A stretch of DNA of 64,000 nt from an uncultured Nitrososphaerota archaeon (GCA_963842885.1 CAWJIE010000005.1:128001-192000), one strand, 5' to 3'. Positions 8,857-19,798 are shown, counted from the first letter of the stretch. Numbers and translations: made by a program. Notes: a model not told the origin generated them from the letters alone.

Positions 8857-10095
8857 ATGCAGGACAACCTCAAGGACCGAAGGGTGCTCGTGACTGGGAT
8901 AACCGGTTTTGTGGGTCCCCATCTGGCAAAAGGCCTGCTGGATGAAGGAGCTATAGTATACGGATTGGTGAGACGCCGCTCGGATGGCAACCTGCGGAGA
9001 GGTCTAGTCGATCTGGGCATTGACAAACAAGTCACTCCTATCGAAGGAAGTGTGGAGGATTTGACGAGTCTTCTTACCGCTCTGGACAGGTCGCAACCGG
9101 ATTACATCTTCCACCTTGCGGCTCAGAGCTTCGTCGAACGTTCTTTCATTAACCCACTTGAGACCTTCCAGGCCAATGCAACTGGAACGACCAACCTGCT
9201 CGAAGCGGTGAGGATTAAGGATAGGAATAACACGAGATTCATCTTCGCCGGGTCGAGCGAAGAGTACGGGTTGGTAATCTCGTCACAGCAACATCTAGAT
9301 GCCTATCTCAAGGAGCACAAACACATCTTTCCTTACCCGGTTCGAATCCCCGAGCTTCCCGTAAAAGAGACAAATCCCCTGCGCCCCATGTCCCCCTATG
9401 CTGTGACTAAGGTCTACGGGGAGTACATTACCCTGAATTACCATCGCAGCTACGGCCTAAAGTCTCTCGTAACAAGAGCGTTTAACCACGAGGGTGGTCG
9501 GAGAGGTTCCACATTCGTCACATCAACGATCGCCAGGCAGGTCGTTCAGCTGAGGTATGGGTCGATTGACAAGATAAAGATCGGAAATCTTAACGCGTTT
9601 AGGGACTGGAGCCACGTGGACGACATAGTAGAAGGATACGAGCTGGTTGCGCTGAGGGGAGAAGAGGGAGATGTTTACAACCTCGGCTCTGGGAGAACGA
9701 ATTCTGTGTTAACATATTTGCTTTGGACGTTGCAAGAGGCCGGCTATCCTGTGCAAAGCATATCAACACTAAAGGGAGAAAGGAAGGTCAGTCAGCCTGC
9801 AGAAAAAGTCAAGATAAAGAAGTTCGGAATAGAGTTCGAGGGCTCTCGAGCTGATGATCTGATGCTCGACGACGAACTGTCATTCCTTTCTCACGATGCA
9901 GGCGTAACGGTGGAGACAGGCAAGGGCGATATTTCCATCGAATTCGACAAGGAACGTTTCCGTCCTGCCGATGTTCCTATTCTTCTGTCCGATGCAGGGA
10001 AGGCGAGAGAAACACTCGGCTTTTCTACCAAATACACATTGAAGGATATCATACTGGATCAGCTGAACTACTATGCAGCTCCTGAAAGAAGGTAA
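8857..10095 (+). CDS. gmd: GDP-mannose 4,6-dehydratase
   Basis: TGITGFVG, HLAAQSFV, SPYAVTK, FNHE, RDW, FRPADV. Confidence 0.9.
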   Translation: MQDNLKDRRVLVTGITGFVGPHLAKGLLDEGAIVYGLVRRRSDGNLRRGLVDLGIDKQVTPIEGSVEDLTSLLTALDRSQPDYIFHLAAQSFVERSFINPLETFQANATGTTNLLEAVRIKDRNNTRFIFAGSSEEYGLVISSQQHLDAYLKEHKHIFPYPVRIPELPVKETNPLRPMSPYAVTKVYGEYITLNYHRSYGLKSLVTRAFNHEGGRRGSTFVTSTIARQVVQLRYGSIDKIKIGNLNAFRDWSHVDDIVEGYELVALRGEEGDVYNLGSGRTNSVLTYLLWTLQEAGYPVQSISTLKGERKVSQPAEKVKIKKFGIEFEGSRADDLMLDDELSFLSHDAGVTVETGKGDISIEFDKERFRPADVPILLSDAGKARETLGFSTKYTLKDIILDQLNYYAAPERR

Positions 10096-10744
10096 TCTGT
10101 AAGAACCTCCTCGGTCAGGCTCTTTCCGTCTCAGACGCTGCTGTGAAGGATCTCACGTCCTGTCTGAGGTGTTGCCAACGGTACAAGAACCTGATTCGAC
10201 GAATCAAGATATCAATTCTTCGTCCGTCTAGTCAGTCTGCCATCGAAGACCTCTCCGCCTGCCTAGCCACCCTGTTTGTCGTTTCGTGCTGCAAAGCTTG
10301 CTCCTCTGGAGGTCGTCAGGAGTGCGCAGCATCGCCGCCCCAGGCCCGTGTTCAATCTCCGTCGTCACGAGGCAACTGAGTTTAATAGGATGGGCGGGTC
10401 ACCTGGAATTCGTGAGGCCGCCGATGAACCTCGAAGTCAAAGGAAGTAGTGTGCGGAAGCACTTCTCGGGGTGCGAAAACGACGAAATACCTCATGATGG
10501 GAGCTTGGTGAGCGGCATTTCCCCAGCCGTAAGAGTCTACAGCTCATATGATGACGCCGGGGGGCATGAGAACAAGGTAATCGACTCCGGCGACACTGGA
10601 GCAGGCAAGTGGTTGTTGCTCAAGAAGAGTGTGATATGCCTTTCGACAGTCTTTGTGTCGGTTGAGAATACTGGCACGGTTGAATCTTTCTTCCTTTCGG
10701 TCAACCTGTGCACCAATGGACTCGACTCTTAGGGCGGTGAATCC

Positions 10745-11773
10745 ATGCTACCTTTCACTCAAGGAAGATGTCCCAAGGTTTCAGTCATAGTGCCCAACCT
10801 GAATGGATTGGAACTTCTCAAAATATGCATTCCATCCCTGTTGAAAACGGACTATCCCGATTTCGAGATCATAGTGTCTGACGATGGTTCCGACGATGGC
10901 AGTGTTCAGTTTATCCGGGAACATTTCCCCGGTGTTCAGTTAGTTGAGAGTGGTCACACAGGTGGATTCGGTAAAGCCTGCAATGCTGGTGTCATGAAGT
11001 CACGCGGGGAGCTAGTCGCCTTTATGAACAATGACATAGAAGTCGACCCAGGTTGGCTTTCCGCACTGGTCGCGCATCTGCTGGAAGACCAAGGGCTCGC
11101 TGGTTGTGACTCCAAATATGTGAACTACTTCCGCCGGGAACTCATTGACTGCGCCGGAAGGTTTCTCGACAGGTATGGCGATTCTCTTGACCGTGGCGCT
11201 GGCGAACTTGACAGGGGACAGTACGATGCTGTTCAGCCCGTATCATATGGACTAGGCCTATTCAGAAGAGACTTGATCGAGAAAGTTGGCGGGTTCGACG
11301 AGGTCTTTCTCATCTACTACGAGGACGCCGATCTCGGTTGGCGGCTGTACAGGATGGGCTACAGAGTGGATTATGTTCCTGCTAGCGTAGTGTTCCATAT
11401 GCACGGCATGACTACTTTACAGGCCAAGTCAGGGAAAAAGAGACTGAAGAGCAAGTATCTCTTCCACTTCTACAAGAACAGACTGAGGATGATCATAAAG
11501 AATCAGTCAGGACTCGAATTGGGGTTTGCGATGATGATATGCCTCTATGACATGTTCGCTCTGACCATGGTCTATCTAGCGACAGCGAATGGGGAATGTC
11601 AACTGATGATGATGAAGGGACTAGCGTGGAACTTGTCAAATCTTGGCAACACTGTGATTTCGAAACGCACTCTGGATTTCAAAGCCGCCCCGGCTAGTAT
11701 GCCTTTTCATGTCTTACAACGGGACATGGAAAGACCTTCTCAGAAGGCTTGCGGGATAGGTAAGACTACGTGA
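10745..11773 (+). CDS. glycosyltransferase family 2
   Basis: VSVIVPN, DDGSDDGS, FMNND, YYEDADLGWR. Confidence 0.92.
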   Translation: MLPFTQGRCPKVSVIVPNLNGLELLKICIPSLLKTDYPDFEIIVSDDGSDDGSVQFIREHFPGVQLVESGHTGGFGKACNAGVMKSRGELVAFMNNDIEVDPGWLSALVAHLLEDQGLAGCDSKYVNYFRRELIDCAGRFLDRYGDSLDRGAGELDRGQYDAVQPVSYGLGLFRRDLIEKVGGFDEVFLIYYEDADLGWRLYRMGYRVDYVPASVVFHMHGMTTLQAKSGKKRLKSKYLFHFYKNRLRMIIKNQSGLELGFAMMICLYDMFALTMVYLATANGECQLMMMKGLAWNLSNLGNTVISKRTLDFKAAPASMPFHVLQRDMERPSQKACGIGKTT

Positions 11774-12244
11774 GAATCCTGGATGTCGCAATCAGGACAT
11801 GAGTGTGGCTTGAGACCGATGAACGCCCAAGTTGTGTGAAACCTGTCCCTAATGCTACATCAAGAGAATGTGGAGAGGGCTCCACACGGTTGGACCCTTG
11901 GACAGGATATGAATATGCTGTCCATTCTGCCGGTCTCTCAGATGATGGTGTAACGTACGACTGAATGGTGCTCTTGAGAAGATGCTCTCCAGAGGGAGAG
12001 CAAGGCACTTCGTGGACAGGAAGTCTCTCCAGATCACTGGATATCTCACTCTCAGAAGAACCCTCGCATTCTCAATCAACAGTAGTTAACAGTTTCACCA
12101 AACAGTTTCGTTCTTTCTTCCAAGTGCGGACGTTTCGTATTTGCTTGAAGATTCCTCAACAAAATGTGAGCCGACAAAGGACGAAAACCAATCGCAAGAG
12201 CCTTGGTACTCATACAGACAGGCATCTTCGGACCAGTTGATATG

Positions 12245-13204
12245 TCAAGCTGGGTGCAATTTCATCCATTCAACGGTTCTTGTTATCCCTTCCTCAAGCG
12301 TCGTTTCCGCCTTCCATCCGAGGATTCGGAGGGCCTTTGAAGCGTCAGGCACTCTTCTTCCAATATCTTCGTAGTGACTTCCAAACTCCTTCGCTGTATC
12401 CAAATGAATAGGTCTCAGGGTTGATCCACAAGCTCTTAGCGCAATTTCGACGACCTCATTAATAGTGCTCTCTCTTTCACTCCCCAAGTTGAAGGTTTGG
12501 CCGATCGCAGATTCTGAATCCAAACTCAGCAGAAGGCCCCTTATCAAATCTTCAACATACGTGAAACATCTGGTCTGTTCCCCATCGTCATAAACCAATG
12601 GAGGCCGTCCGTTCAGAATCCTCTGTATCGTTGCAGGAATTACGAATGAAGGTCTTTGTCTCGGGCCGTATACATTGAACGGCCTTATGATTGTTGTTTG
12701 AAGCTTGTGCTTTCGATGCGCAGCGTTGATCAGATGCTCGCACAGTGATTTGCTGGTGCTGTAGCTCCAGCGGTCTATTGACGGATCCCCAAGTACTCGG
12801 TCAGAAGTCTCTGACCATGGGACCTCTTTGTTCTTGCCATAGATTTCGCTCGTGCTCATTGAAATAAGCCTGACATTGAACTCTATGCAGTACTCGAGTA
12901 CGTTGCGCGTTCCGGTGACTATATTGTCAATCGTCCCCAGTGGGTCGTTGATGTACTGATCGACACCAACAGTCGAGGCCAAATGATAGATGACATCTGT
13001 GCTTGAGAGAAAAGCCTTCGGTGCAGAAACCGAGCTTGCAACATCGCAAGCTGCGTAATGAAACATGGGATTACTTGAAAAGTCGCGCAGGTTCATCGGA
13101 ACAGATTCCGATAAATCTGTTGCATTGACTTCCTCGTTTCTCGATAGCAGAGCCGCCACCAGATGACTTCCAATGAAGCCGCCTGCGCCAGTGATTCCAA
13201 TCAA
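12245..13204 (-). CDS. NAD-dependent epimerase/dehydratase
   Basis: TGAGGFIG, STSEIYGK, WSYSTSK, FNVYGPRQ. Confidence 0.92.
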   Translation of the reverse strand: MIGITGAGGFIGSHLVAALLSRNEEVNATDLSESVPMNLRDFSSNPMFHYAACDVASSVSAPKAFLSSTDVIYHLASTVGVDQYINDPLGTIDNIVTGTRNVLEYCIEFNVRLISMSTSEIYGKNKEVPWSETSDRVLGDPSIDRWSYSTSKSLCEHLINAAHRKHKLQTTIIRPFNVYGPRQRPSFVIPATIQRILNGRPPLVYDDGEQTRCFTYVEDLIRGLLLSLDSESAIGQTFNLGSERESTINEVVEIALRACGSTLRPIHLDTAKEFGSHYEDIGRRVPDASKALRILGWKAETTLEEGITRTVEWMKLHPA

Positions 13205-14583
13205 TGTCTAGACCTCACGAAGTTTCCTGGACTATAATAATCGTGCCCTCCTTTCGCCACAGACAAGGGATCAAAGGAGTGCCATCCATCAAAAACGATG
13301 GCTTCTCTCTCAAGCTTCGGACTCATATCATCCCATTTGAATTCTGGATGATTAGCCACCAAAACAACCGCCTGGGCGCCGTCGATACATGAGCCCAGAG
13401 AGTCAGATTCTTTGATGCCGCATTCTTCCTCAATTGTCTTCGGATCAACCCAAGGATCGAATACAGACACCTTGAAACCTCGATGTCTTAGCCCTCTGAT
13501 TATGGGATTTGCAGGGGTATTGCGGGTATCACTTGTTGATCCCTTGAATGCATACCCCAAGATAGCTACCTTGGTCCGATTTGGTGTGAAACCCCTGCCC
13601 CTCAATATGGATAGAAGGGTCTCAAGAATGACTGTAGGGACTCTTTCGTTCACGTGCCTTGCAATCTGGGGGATTTCTATCTCCACCCCCTTTGAGGCAG
13701 CAAAATTCACAAGGAACCAGGGATCCTTCGTGAGACAGCTTCCGCCGACACCAATGCCTGGGGTGAGACAGTTCACTTTGCCCCTTCCTTTTGGCAAAGA
13801 ATTTGCGGCAGCGATAACTTCCATGACATTCACTTCGATTGCCTCACAGACCCTTGCTAGTTCGTTTGCTAAGGCAACATTCACGTCTATCCAAACGTTA
13901 TCGGTCAGTTTTACCAATTCAGCAGCTTCCAAAGAACTTACGCGAATCACATTCAGACCTGCACTCCTCCAAAATTCTTCAGCAAGCACTGCGCTCTCCT
14001 CGTTGATCCCGCCAACCACGACTGGAAGCTCTTTGATCTCATTCATGGCATTTCCCTCCGCTAGTCGTTCTGGACAGAATGACAAGAAGATGTCCTTTCC
14101 CGGTTCAAAACCGAACTCTTGAAGCATCGCGGCGACAACAGTTCGTGTTGTTCCAGGTGGAAGAGTGCTCTTTGCAATAAGCAGCTGGCCCTTACGCAAG
14201 AACTTGCCAATTTCATTGATGCAAGATTCTAAGGCTGTGAGATCAGGAGAATATTGGCCACCAATGGGTGTTCCAACCGTCACTATCAAGATTCCCGAGT
14301 CACTGATTGCTTCGTACGAGCTAGTTACTGACAATGCGCCAGAGGAAATGAGTTTGGAAAGTGACTCGCTGACCTGCGGCTCTTTCAAATGTGGTTCTCC
14401 TGATGCGATCTTCCTAATGACACTGGGCTGACTGTCTATCCCAGTCACATGGAATCCCCTTTCGGCAAGATAGACACCCAGCACGGTTCCAACGTAACCG
14501 AATCCGATTATCGCAACGTGTTTTCGCTTACGAATGGCTGTCAAATAATCGTCCCTAGCATGTGCCTTTCTCTCGTGACCCAT
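13201..14583 (-). CDS. nucleotide-sugar dehydrogenase (UDP-glucose/UDP-HexNAc family)
   Basis: GFGYVG, CPERLAEG, PGIGVGGSCLTKDP, DTRNTP. Confidence 0.93.
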   Translation of the reverse strand: MGHERKAHARDDYLTAIRKRKHVAIIGFGYVGTVLGVYLAERGFHVTGIDSQPSVIRKIASGEPHLKEPQVSESLSKLISSGALSVTSSYEAISDSGILIVTVGTPIGGQYSPDLTALESCINEIGKFLRKGQLLIAKSTLPPGTTRTVVAAMLQEFGFEPGKDIFLSFCPERLAEGNAMNEIKELPVVVGGINEESAVLAEEFWRSAGLNVIRVSSLEAAELVKLTDNVWIDVNVALANELARVCEAIEVNVMEVIAAANSLPKGRGKVNCLTPGIGVGGSCLTKDPWFLVNFAASKGVEIEIPQIARHVNERVPTVILETLLSILRGRGFTPNRTKVAILGYAFKGSTSDTRNTPANPIIRGLRHRGFKVSVFDPWVDPKTIEEECGIKESDSLGSCIDGAQAVVLVANHPEFKWDDMSPKLEREAIVFDGWHSFDPLSVAKGGHDYYSPGNFVRSRH

Positions 14584-14755
14584 ATTTTCATTTTATTCAT
14601 GTTTGATGGCTCATCCTTAAGTGTTTATCGAAGCCTAAATCTCGATGTCACTCTGTAGAGGCAAAACTTGGATGGTGTCCCTCAGCGGTGTGACTTGATG
14701 ATTGGATAGGTCACAAGTTCCTCGATTGCCCATCTGTCTTGGTGTGCTCTTCTTG

Positions 14756-14958
14756 GGAGAGCTCGACCCCTGGAAGACCCTAGGAATTAGTTTCTCGCAA
14801 CGCAGACGCATAATGATGCAGTCAGAGAGATTGAGTTCGCCTTGGCATCGGGTCAGGTGAAGGATTCTCTCGACACGCGTGCAGTGGAATGGTACAAGCA
14901 CCTTCAAGCGGACACCGAAGCCGCGAGGCAAGTCTCTTTAAGAGGCGTCAACCTATAG
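14756..14958 (+). pseudogene. eroded fragments of an extended-SDR nucleotide-sugar epimerase/dehydratase
   Basis: GELDPWKTLGI followed in another frame by DAVREIEFALASGQVKDSLDTRAVEWYKHL...*, ending just before rfbC. Confidence 0.6.
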
Positions 14959-14972
14959 AGAGGCGATAGACT

Positions 14973-15464
14973 TTGCTCCCTGGGGTTCGGCTCTATGATA
15001 TCAAGAAGTTCCCTGATGAAAGGGGTTTCTTTGCGGAGATACTCAGGGAGGACTGGAAAGAGTTCTTGGAGGACGATGAGGTCGTTCAGGCCAATCTTTC
15101 GTTCAGCTATCCTGGCGTGATTAGGGCCTGGCACCGTCACCTCAGGGGACAGGTGGATTACTTCATCGTCCTCAGGGGCGCCATGAAGATATGTGCTTAT
15201 GACGACGACCCTACCTCCCCCACGAGGGGGGAGCTGGACGAAATCATAGCCAGCTCCGAAAGACTCCAGGTGGTTCGCATACAGGGCAACTACTGGCATG
15301 GCATGAAGACCTTAGGTAACGAAGCCTCCATGACCGTGTATGCCGTAAACAGGCTTTACGACTACAAGAACCCCGATGAAGAGAGACGCCCCTGGGACGA
15401 CCCGACCATCATCGACCCTAGGACGGAGAAGCCCTTCGACTGGAACAGGCCTCCTCACAAGTAG
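14973..15464 (+). CDS. rfbC: dTDP-4-dehydrorhamnose 3,5-epimerase family
   Basis: DERGFFAE, QANLSFSYPGVIRAWHRH cupin motifs. Confidence 0.92.
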   Translation: MLPGVRLYDIKKFPDERGFFAEILREDWKEFLEDDEVVQANLSFSYPGVIRAWHRHLRGQVDYFIVLRGAMKICAYDDDPTSPTRGELDEIIASSERLQVVRIQGNYWHGMKTLGNEASMTVYAVNRLYDYKNPDEERRPWDDPTIIDPRTEKPFDWNRPPHK

Positions 15465-15479
15465 GGGCGAGGCTTCTCT

Positions 15480-16400
15480 ATGAGGCTGTTGGTGGTGGGC
15501 GCCAGTGGTCAGGTGGGCGCCAAGGTGGTTGCGGCGGCCTCGAAAGAGAACGAGGTCCATGGGACCTATATGACACGGAGACCCCCTACCGGCGTCGCTG
15601 GCTCCTGGCTCCTTGACAAGACCGAGGCAGCTCAGGTAGCCGAGGTCTTCTCCGGCGTCAAACCGGAGGTAGTGGTTGACACTGCGGCGCTTCACAACGT
15701 AGACTACTGCGAATCCCATCCCGAAGAGGCGCTCGCCGTGAACCGCGATGGGACAGCCCACTTGGCTGACGCTTGTAGGGAAAGGGGTGCGAAGTACATC
15801 TTCATCTCCACCGACTACGTCTTCGATGGTGTGGGTGCCCCCTACTCCGAGGAGGCCACGCCCAGGCCCCTGAATGCGTACGGCGTGAGCAAGCTGGAGG
15901 GCGAGAAGGCGGCGCTCGAACGCAACCCTGACACGGTGGTCGTGAGGCCTTCGGTCATCTACAGCTGGGTTCCTCCAGAAAATGCAACGGGATCATCTTC
16001 AGGCAGACCGCTGAACTTCGGCGCCTGGCTAGCCCATCAGCTCGCCGCCAAGAAGGAGCTCAACATCGTGACCGATCAGATTTCGTCACCCACTTTGGCT
16101 GACGATTTGGCGGGCGCCATCTTGGCTCTGGTGAGGGGTGAGTCGAGAGGGGTCTTCCACGCGGCTGGAGCCACGCCCGTCAGCAGGTACGGGTTCTCAT
16201 CAATTATGGCAAGGCATCTAGGCCTGAACGAGGATCTGATACGCCCGATTTCGACCCCGCAGCTCAAGCAGGCTGCAAAGAGGCCAGTGGACAGCAGCTT
16301 GATTTCAGATAGAATTTGGGGAGAAGTGGGATACAGGATGATGGAATTGGATAAGGCGTTGGATGTATTCACATCTCAATCGAGAGCGGGTTCGCGATGA
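15480..16400 (+). CDS. rfbD: dTDP-4-dehydrorhamnose reductase
   Basis: GASGQVG, ISTDYVFDG, YGVSKLEGE, DQISSPT. Confidence 0.93.
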   Translation: MRLLVVGASGQVGAKVVAAASKENEVHGTYMTRRPPTGVAGSWLLDKTEAAQVAEVFSGVKPEVVVDTAALHNVDYCESHPEEALAVNRDGTAHLADACRERGAKYIFISTDYVFDGVGAPYSEEATPRPLNAYGVSKLEGEKAALERNPDTVVVRPSVIYSWVPPENATGSSSGRPLNFGAWLAHQLAAKKELNIVTDQISSPTLADDLAGAILALVRGESRGVFHAAGATPVSRYGFSSIMARHLGLNEDLIRPISTPQLKQAAKRPVDSSLISDRIWGEVGYRMMELDKALDVFTSQSRAGSR

Positions 16401-17464
16401 AAGGTCTCCTTCTGGCGGGCGGCTTCGGGACTAGGCTCAGACCTCTCACATTTACAGGCAACAAGCACCTCCTCCCTATCGGCAACAAGCCCATGCTCCT
16501 CTACGGTTTGGAGCACCTGAAGAACGCCGGAATCACCGAGGTCGCTATCATCCTTGGTCCGATCAAGGAGGGCGTGGTGGAGGCACTGGGCGACGGCTCG
16601 GCCCTGGGGTTGAGGATATCGTACATAGATCAGCCCGAGCCGAAGGGGCTGGCTCATGCAGTCCAAATCTCTGAGGGCTTCATGGCCGGCGAGCCCTTCG
16701 TCATGTACCTTGGCGACAACCTTCTGAAACAGGGCGTGACCGACTTCATCAAGACCTTCCAGAACGAGAAAGCGGACTGCGTCGTGGGGGTCTGCCCTGT
16801 CAAGGAGCCGTCAAGGTTTGGCGTCGCAGAAATGGACGATGGCAGACTTGTGAGGCTGGTCGAGAAGCCGAAGGAGCCCAAGAGCAACCTCGCCCTCATC
16901 GGCGTCTACGTCTTCGGCCCGGCCATCTTCGACGCTGTGAAGAAGATAAAGCCCAGCTGGAGGAACGAGCTGGAGATAACGGACGCCATCCAGACCCTCC
17001 TCGACGACGGGAAGAAGGTGGAGGCCCAGATGGTGACGGGCTGGTGGAAGGACACGGGCAAGCCGTCCGACCTTTTGGAGGCGAACCAACTTGTCCTCTC
17101 AGACTTGGAGACGAACATCGAAGGTGAGCTGGCGGAGGGCTGCCAGCTGACCGGCAGCATCGCCATAGGCGCCGGCACCAAGGTTTCTTCGAGTGTCAAC
17201 ATTAGGGGGCCGGCCATCATCGGGAGGAACTGCACCATCGGCCCCAACGTGTACGTGGGTCCCTACACTTCCATCGGCGACGAGTGCGTCCTGAAGGACG
17301 CGGAGATAGAGAACAGCATCATCATGAAGGGGTCAAGGATAGAGAGCGGTAAGAGGATCGTGGACTCTCTGATAGGGAGCTACTCCACCATCCTTAACGG
17401 AGACGGCTCCCTCCCCAAGGGGTACAAGCTCATCATAGGAGAGAGGTCGTTCGCCCAGATATAG
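16397..17464 (+). CDS. rfbA: glucose-1-phosphate thymidylyltransferase, long form
   Basis: LAGGFGTRLRPLT, YLGDN, EKP, WWKDTG, C-terminal hexapeptide repeats. Confidence 0.95.
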   Translation: MKGLLLAGGFGTRLRPLTFTGNKHLLPIGNKPMLLYGLEHLKNAGITEVAIILGPIKEGVVEALGDGSALGLRISYIDQPEPKGLAHAVQISEGFMAGEPFVMYLGDNLLKQGVTDFIKTFQNEKADCVVGVCPVKEPSRFGVAEMDDGRLVRLVEKPKEPKSNLALIGVYVFGPAIFDAVKKIKPSWRNELEITDAIQTLLDDGKKVEAQMVTGWWKDTGKPSDLLEANQLVLSDLETNIEGELAEGCQLTGSIAIGAGTKVSSSVNIRGPAIIGRNCTIGPNVYVGPYTSIGDECVLKDAEIENSIIMKGSRIESGKRIVDSLIGSYSTILNGDGSLPKGYKLIIGERSFAQI

Positions 17465-17680
17465 ACGAGGCCCCCTGAGGCTTGGTGGCCCCGCCGAGGG
17501 CGCACGGAGGAACCTGCTGAGAGGGAGGATCCCCCAGGAGATGTTCTTCGTCGAGGGCCAAGTCATAGCTTGCGGACAATCGCTCCACTCGTGGCGCCTT
17601 CAAGTAGGCCCTGAGCTACAGGGGGTAGCAGGTCGCGATCCCCGCGGAGAAGGGTGGAATGTGGCTCTGCTTCGCAAATC

Positions 17681-18562
17681 TCAAGATCTATATCTCTTCT
17701 CCTGTGAGTACGACGAAAAAGCCCAGCCGACGTTGTAGGCCAAAGATATGAGCCATTCGTACACGGCGAATCTGAGGCCAGAGACCTTCTTGCTATAGAA
17801 GATCAAGTTGTAAGGAAAACATACCGACACGAGGAAACTCAGAAGCCTCTTCTTATAGAACGCCTTTCTGTATTTGGGATGCTTCTCAAACATCAACCGT
17901 ATGGAGCTGCCGTACATGAAGTTCCTTCTCATTTCGTTGAATAGTCCGTTTCTCCTGAAGTGGGCGCTATGACCCGTGAAATCAATCAGCGTCCTGAATC
18001 CCAAGTCGTTCACTCCTAACGCTATATCGGTGTCCTGTGTACAATATCCACGGACATCGGGGATGCCATGATGCTCTACCAACTGCCTTACCAAGTCGGC
18101 CCTGTATATGGTTGAAATCATGCCCAAGCCTCTGTCCGTTTCAACCATGCCGCCCGATGGAATGTCCTTCCTGTGCCTCCAAAGCTCCGTGATGGAGCCT
18201 GGCCCAGTGAAATTCGCGAAGGATGCGATCCCTCCTATGTCACCGGCGATCTTGTCAACTATTCCAAAGAACGTCTTGTCGACTGCAACGTCGCTGTCTA
18301 TGAACGCGATAAAATCTCCCCTTGAGGCCGATACAGCGAGGATCGTGCACTCGGCAAGGTTGCCCGCGCTGTATAGGATGACAGCAGAAGGGATGAGGCG
18401 TCTTATCACTTCAACAGTCTGATCCGAGGAGTTCCCGTCCACAAAGATATGCTCGTACTGGAACTCTGGAGCCTCAGCCTCCGCCTTGAGGGTTGCCTCT
18501 ACCCCCCTGCCTACGTAGGAGGCGGAGTTATACGTCAGGGTGATGACAGAAACCAAGGTCAT
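17681..18562 (-). CDS. glycosyltransferase family 2
   Basis: VSVITLTYN, VDGNSSD, FIDSD. Confidence 0.85.
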   Translation of the reverse strand: MTLVSVITLTYNSASYVGRGVEATLKAEAEAPEFQYEHIFVDGNSSDQTVEVIRRLIPSAVILYSAGNLAECTILAVSASRGDFIAFIDSDVAVDKTFFGIVDKIAGDIGGIASFANFTGPGSITELWRHRKDIPSGGMVETDRGLGMISTIYRADLVRQLVEHHGIPDVRGYCTQDTDIALGVNDLGFRTLIDFTGHSAHFRRNGLFNEMRRNFMYGSSIRLMFEKHPKYRKAFYKKRLLSFLVSVCFPYNLIFYSKKVSGLRFAVYEWLISLAYNVGWAFSSYSQEKRYRS

Positions 18563-19398
18563 CCGCTGTACGCCTCGACCGTTTCTTTGAGCGCTTCCTC
18601 AATCGGCGTCATGCGGAAGGACGGCAGGGCTGATTCCAAGCTGCTAGGGTCTCCAAGGAGCTCGGCTATGTCCCACCCTTCCCTATCGGTCTTGGATATG
18701 GATACCGCCTTGGGGTCGCCAGTTATCATGGTGGCGATTTCATCCAACGCATGATTCGTTCCACTACATATCAGAACAAGGCCGGTGGTTTCGTTCTCGT
18801 AAAGTAGCCTGACAGCCCTTGCGGTGTCCTTGACGTATACGAAATCGCGCCGAGTGTTGCCTCTCAATGTTATCCTTCCTGTCTTGACGTATTGCCTTAC
18901 CATCGTCGGTATCAGAAAATGAGGACTCTGTCTGGGACCGAAATTGTTAAAGGGTCTGACGATCAAATAGTCAAAGCCGTAGCGTCTCCCATACAGCCTC
19001 ACCGCGTCCTCGGCGGCGAGTTTGGAGGCGGCATACGGATCCGCTGGAATCGGTCTCGTATCGACTCCAAGCGGAAACTCCGTCTGACTGCCATAGACAT
19101 GAGAGGTGCTGAAGTAGATGAATCGCTTGAACATGCCGTGGTTCTTGAGAAGGTTGACCGTCCCGAGCGTGTTTGTCTGGTAGTATGCGTCTGGTGAATT
19201 CCAAGACGATGGCACATAGGTAAGCGCCGCCGCGTGAATCACGGTGTCTATACCTCTCAGGTTCCTTACGACATTAGCCTCGTCCTTGATGTCCCCCGAA
19301 AACAGTTTCACCGAACATCTTTCATCGGTTTGGAATGCTTCGAGAATGTGTGAACCTATGAAGCCGCTCCAACCTGTGATTAAGACGTGTTCCTTCAT
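18559..19398 (-). CDS. NAD-dependent epimerase/dehydratase (4,6-dehydratase-like)
   Basis: ITGWSGFIG, PYAASK, FNNFGPRQ; start re-placed at ATG 19398. Confidence 0.88.
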   Translation of the reverse strand: MKEHVLITGWSGFIGSHILEAFQTDERCSVKLFSGDIKDEANVVRNLRGIDTVIHAAALTYVPSSWNSPDAYYQTNTLGTVNLLKNHGMFKRFIYFSTSHVYGSQTEFPLGVDTRPIPADPYAASKLAAEDAVRLYGRRYGFDYLIVRPFNNFGPRQSPHFLIPTMVRQYVKTGRITLRGNTRRDFVYVKDTARAVRLLYENETTGLVLICSGTNHALDEIATMITGDPKAVSISKTDREGWDIAELLGDPSSLESALPSFRMTPIEEALKETVEAYSG

Positions 19399-19736
19399 GC
19401 CAATCGCACCCGCCCTGTCACGTCCCGGACGTGGACTAAGGGGCGCCACTGGGTGCCGTCCTTTATGACGGGTACCTCCCAGGTCCCGTAGCGGCCAAGA
19501 ATCATCCTGTCGGCGGCCATGTCGACCAACGCATCGAACCCCCTCATCAGTTTGCCGTCGAACCAGTGTATGTCATCCCTGACTAGGGTCAGGCGATCGG
19601 AGAACGCCGGGTCGCTCAAGCGACCCTGCCCGAAGAAGAAGCAGTCCTGACCGGTGACCGAGCGCCCCTCATCGAAGAGGTGTGGAACGAGTTTGTTGTC
19701 GAAGTAGCCCGCCCCTCCGGTGACTGGGACTTTCAA
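19395..19736 (-). pseudogene. internally deleted NAD-dependent epimerase
   Basis: VTGGAGYF start, then jumps from VDMAA to KDGTQWRPLVHVRDV; catalytic YxxxK region and C-terminus absent. Confidence 0.8.
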
Positions 19737-19798
19737 ATGGGACGTACCACACTGGCGGAAGCGTCGATTTATCCTTTTTGAAGGCCGGCGCGCAGCGG

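Noticed and set aside
10143-10732. ORFs 10143..10379 and 10286..10732 as real genes
   Set aside because: No recognisable motif, atypical composition; more likely island debris
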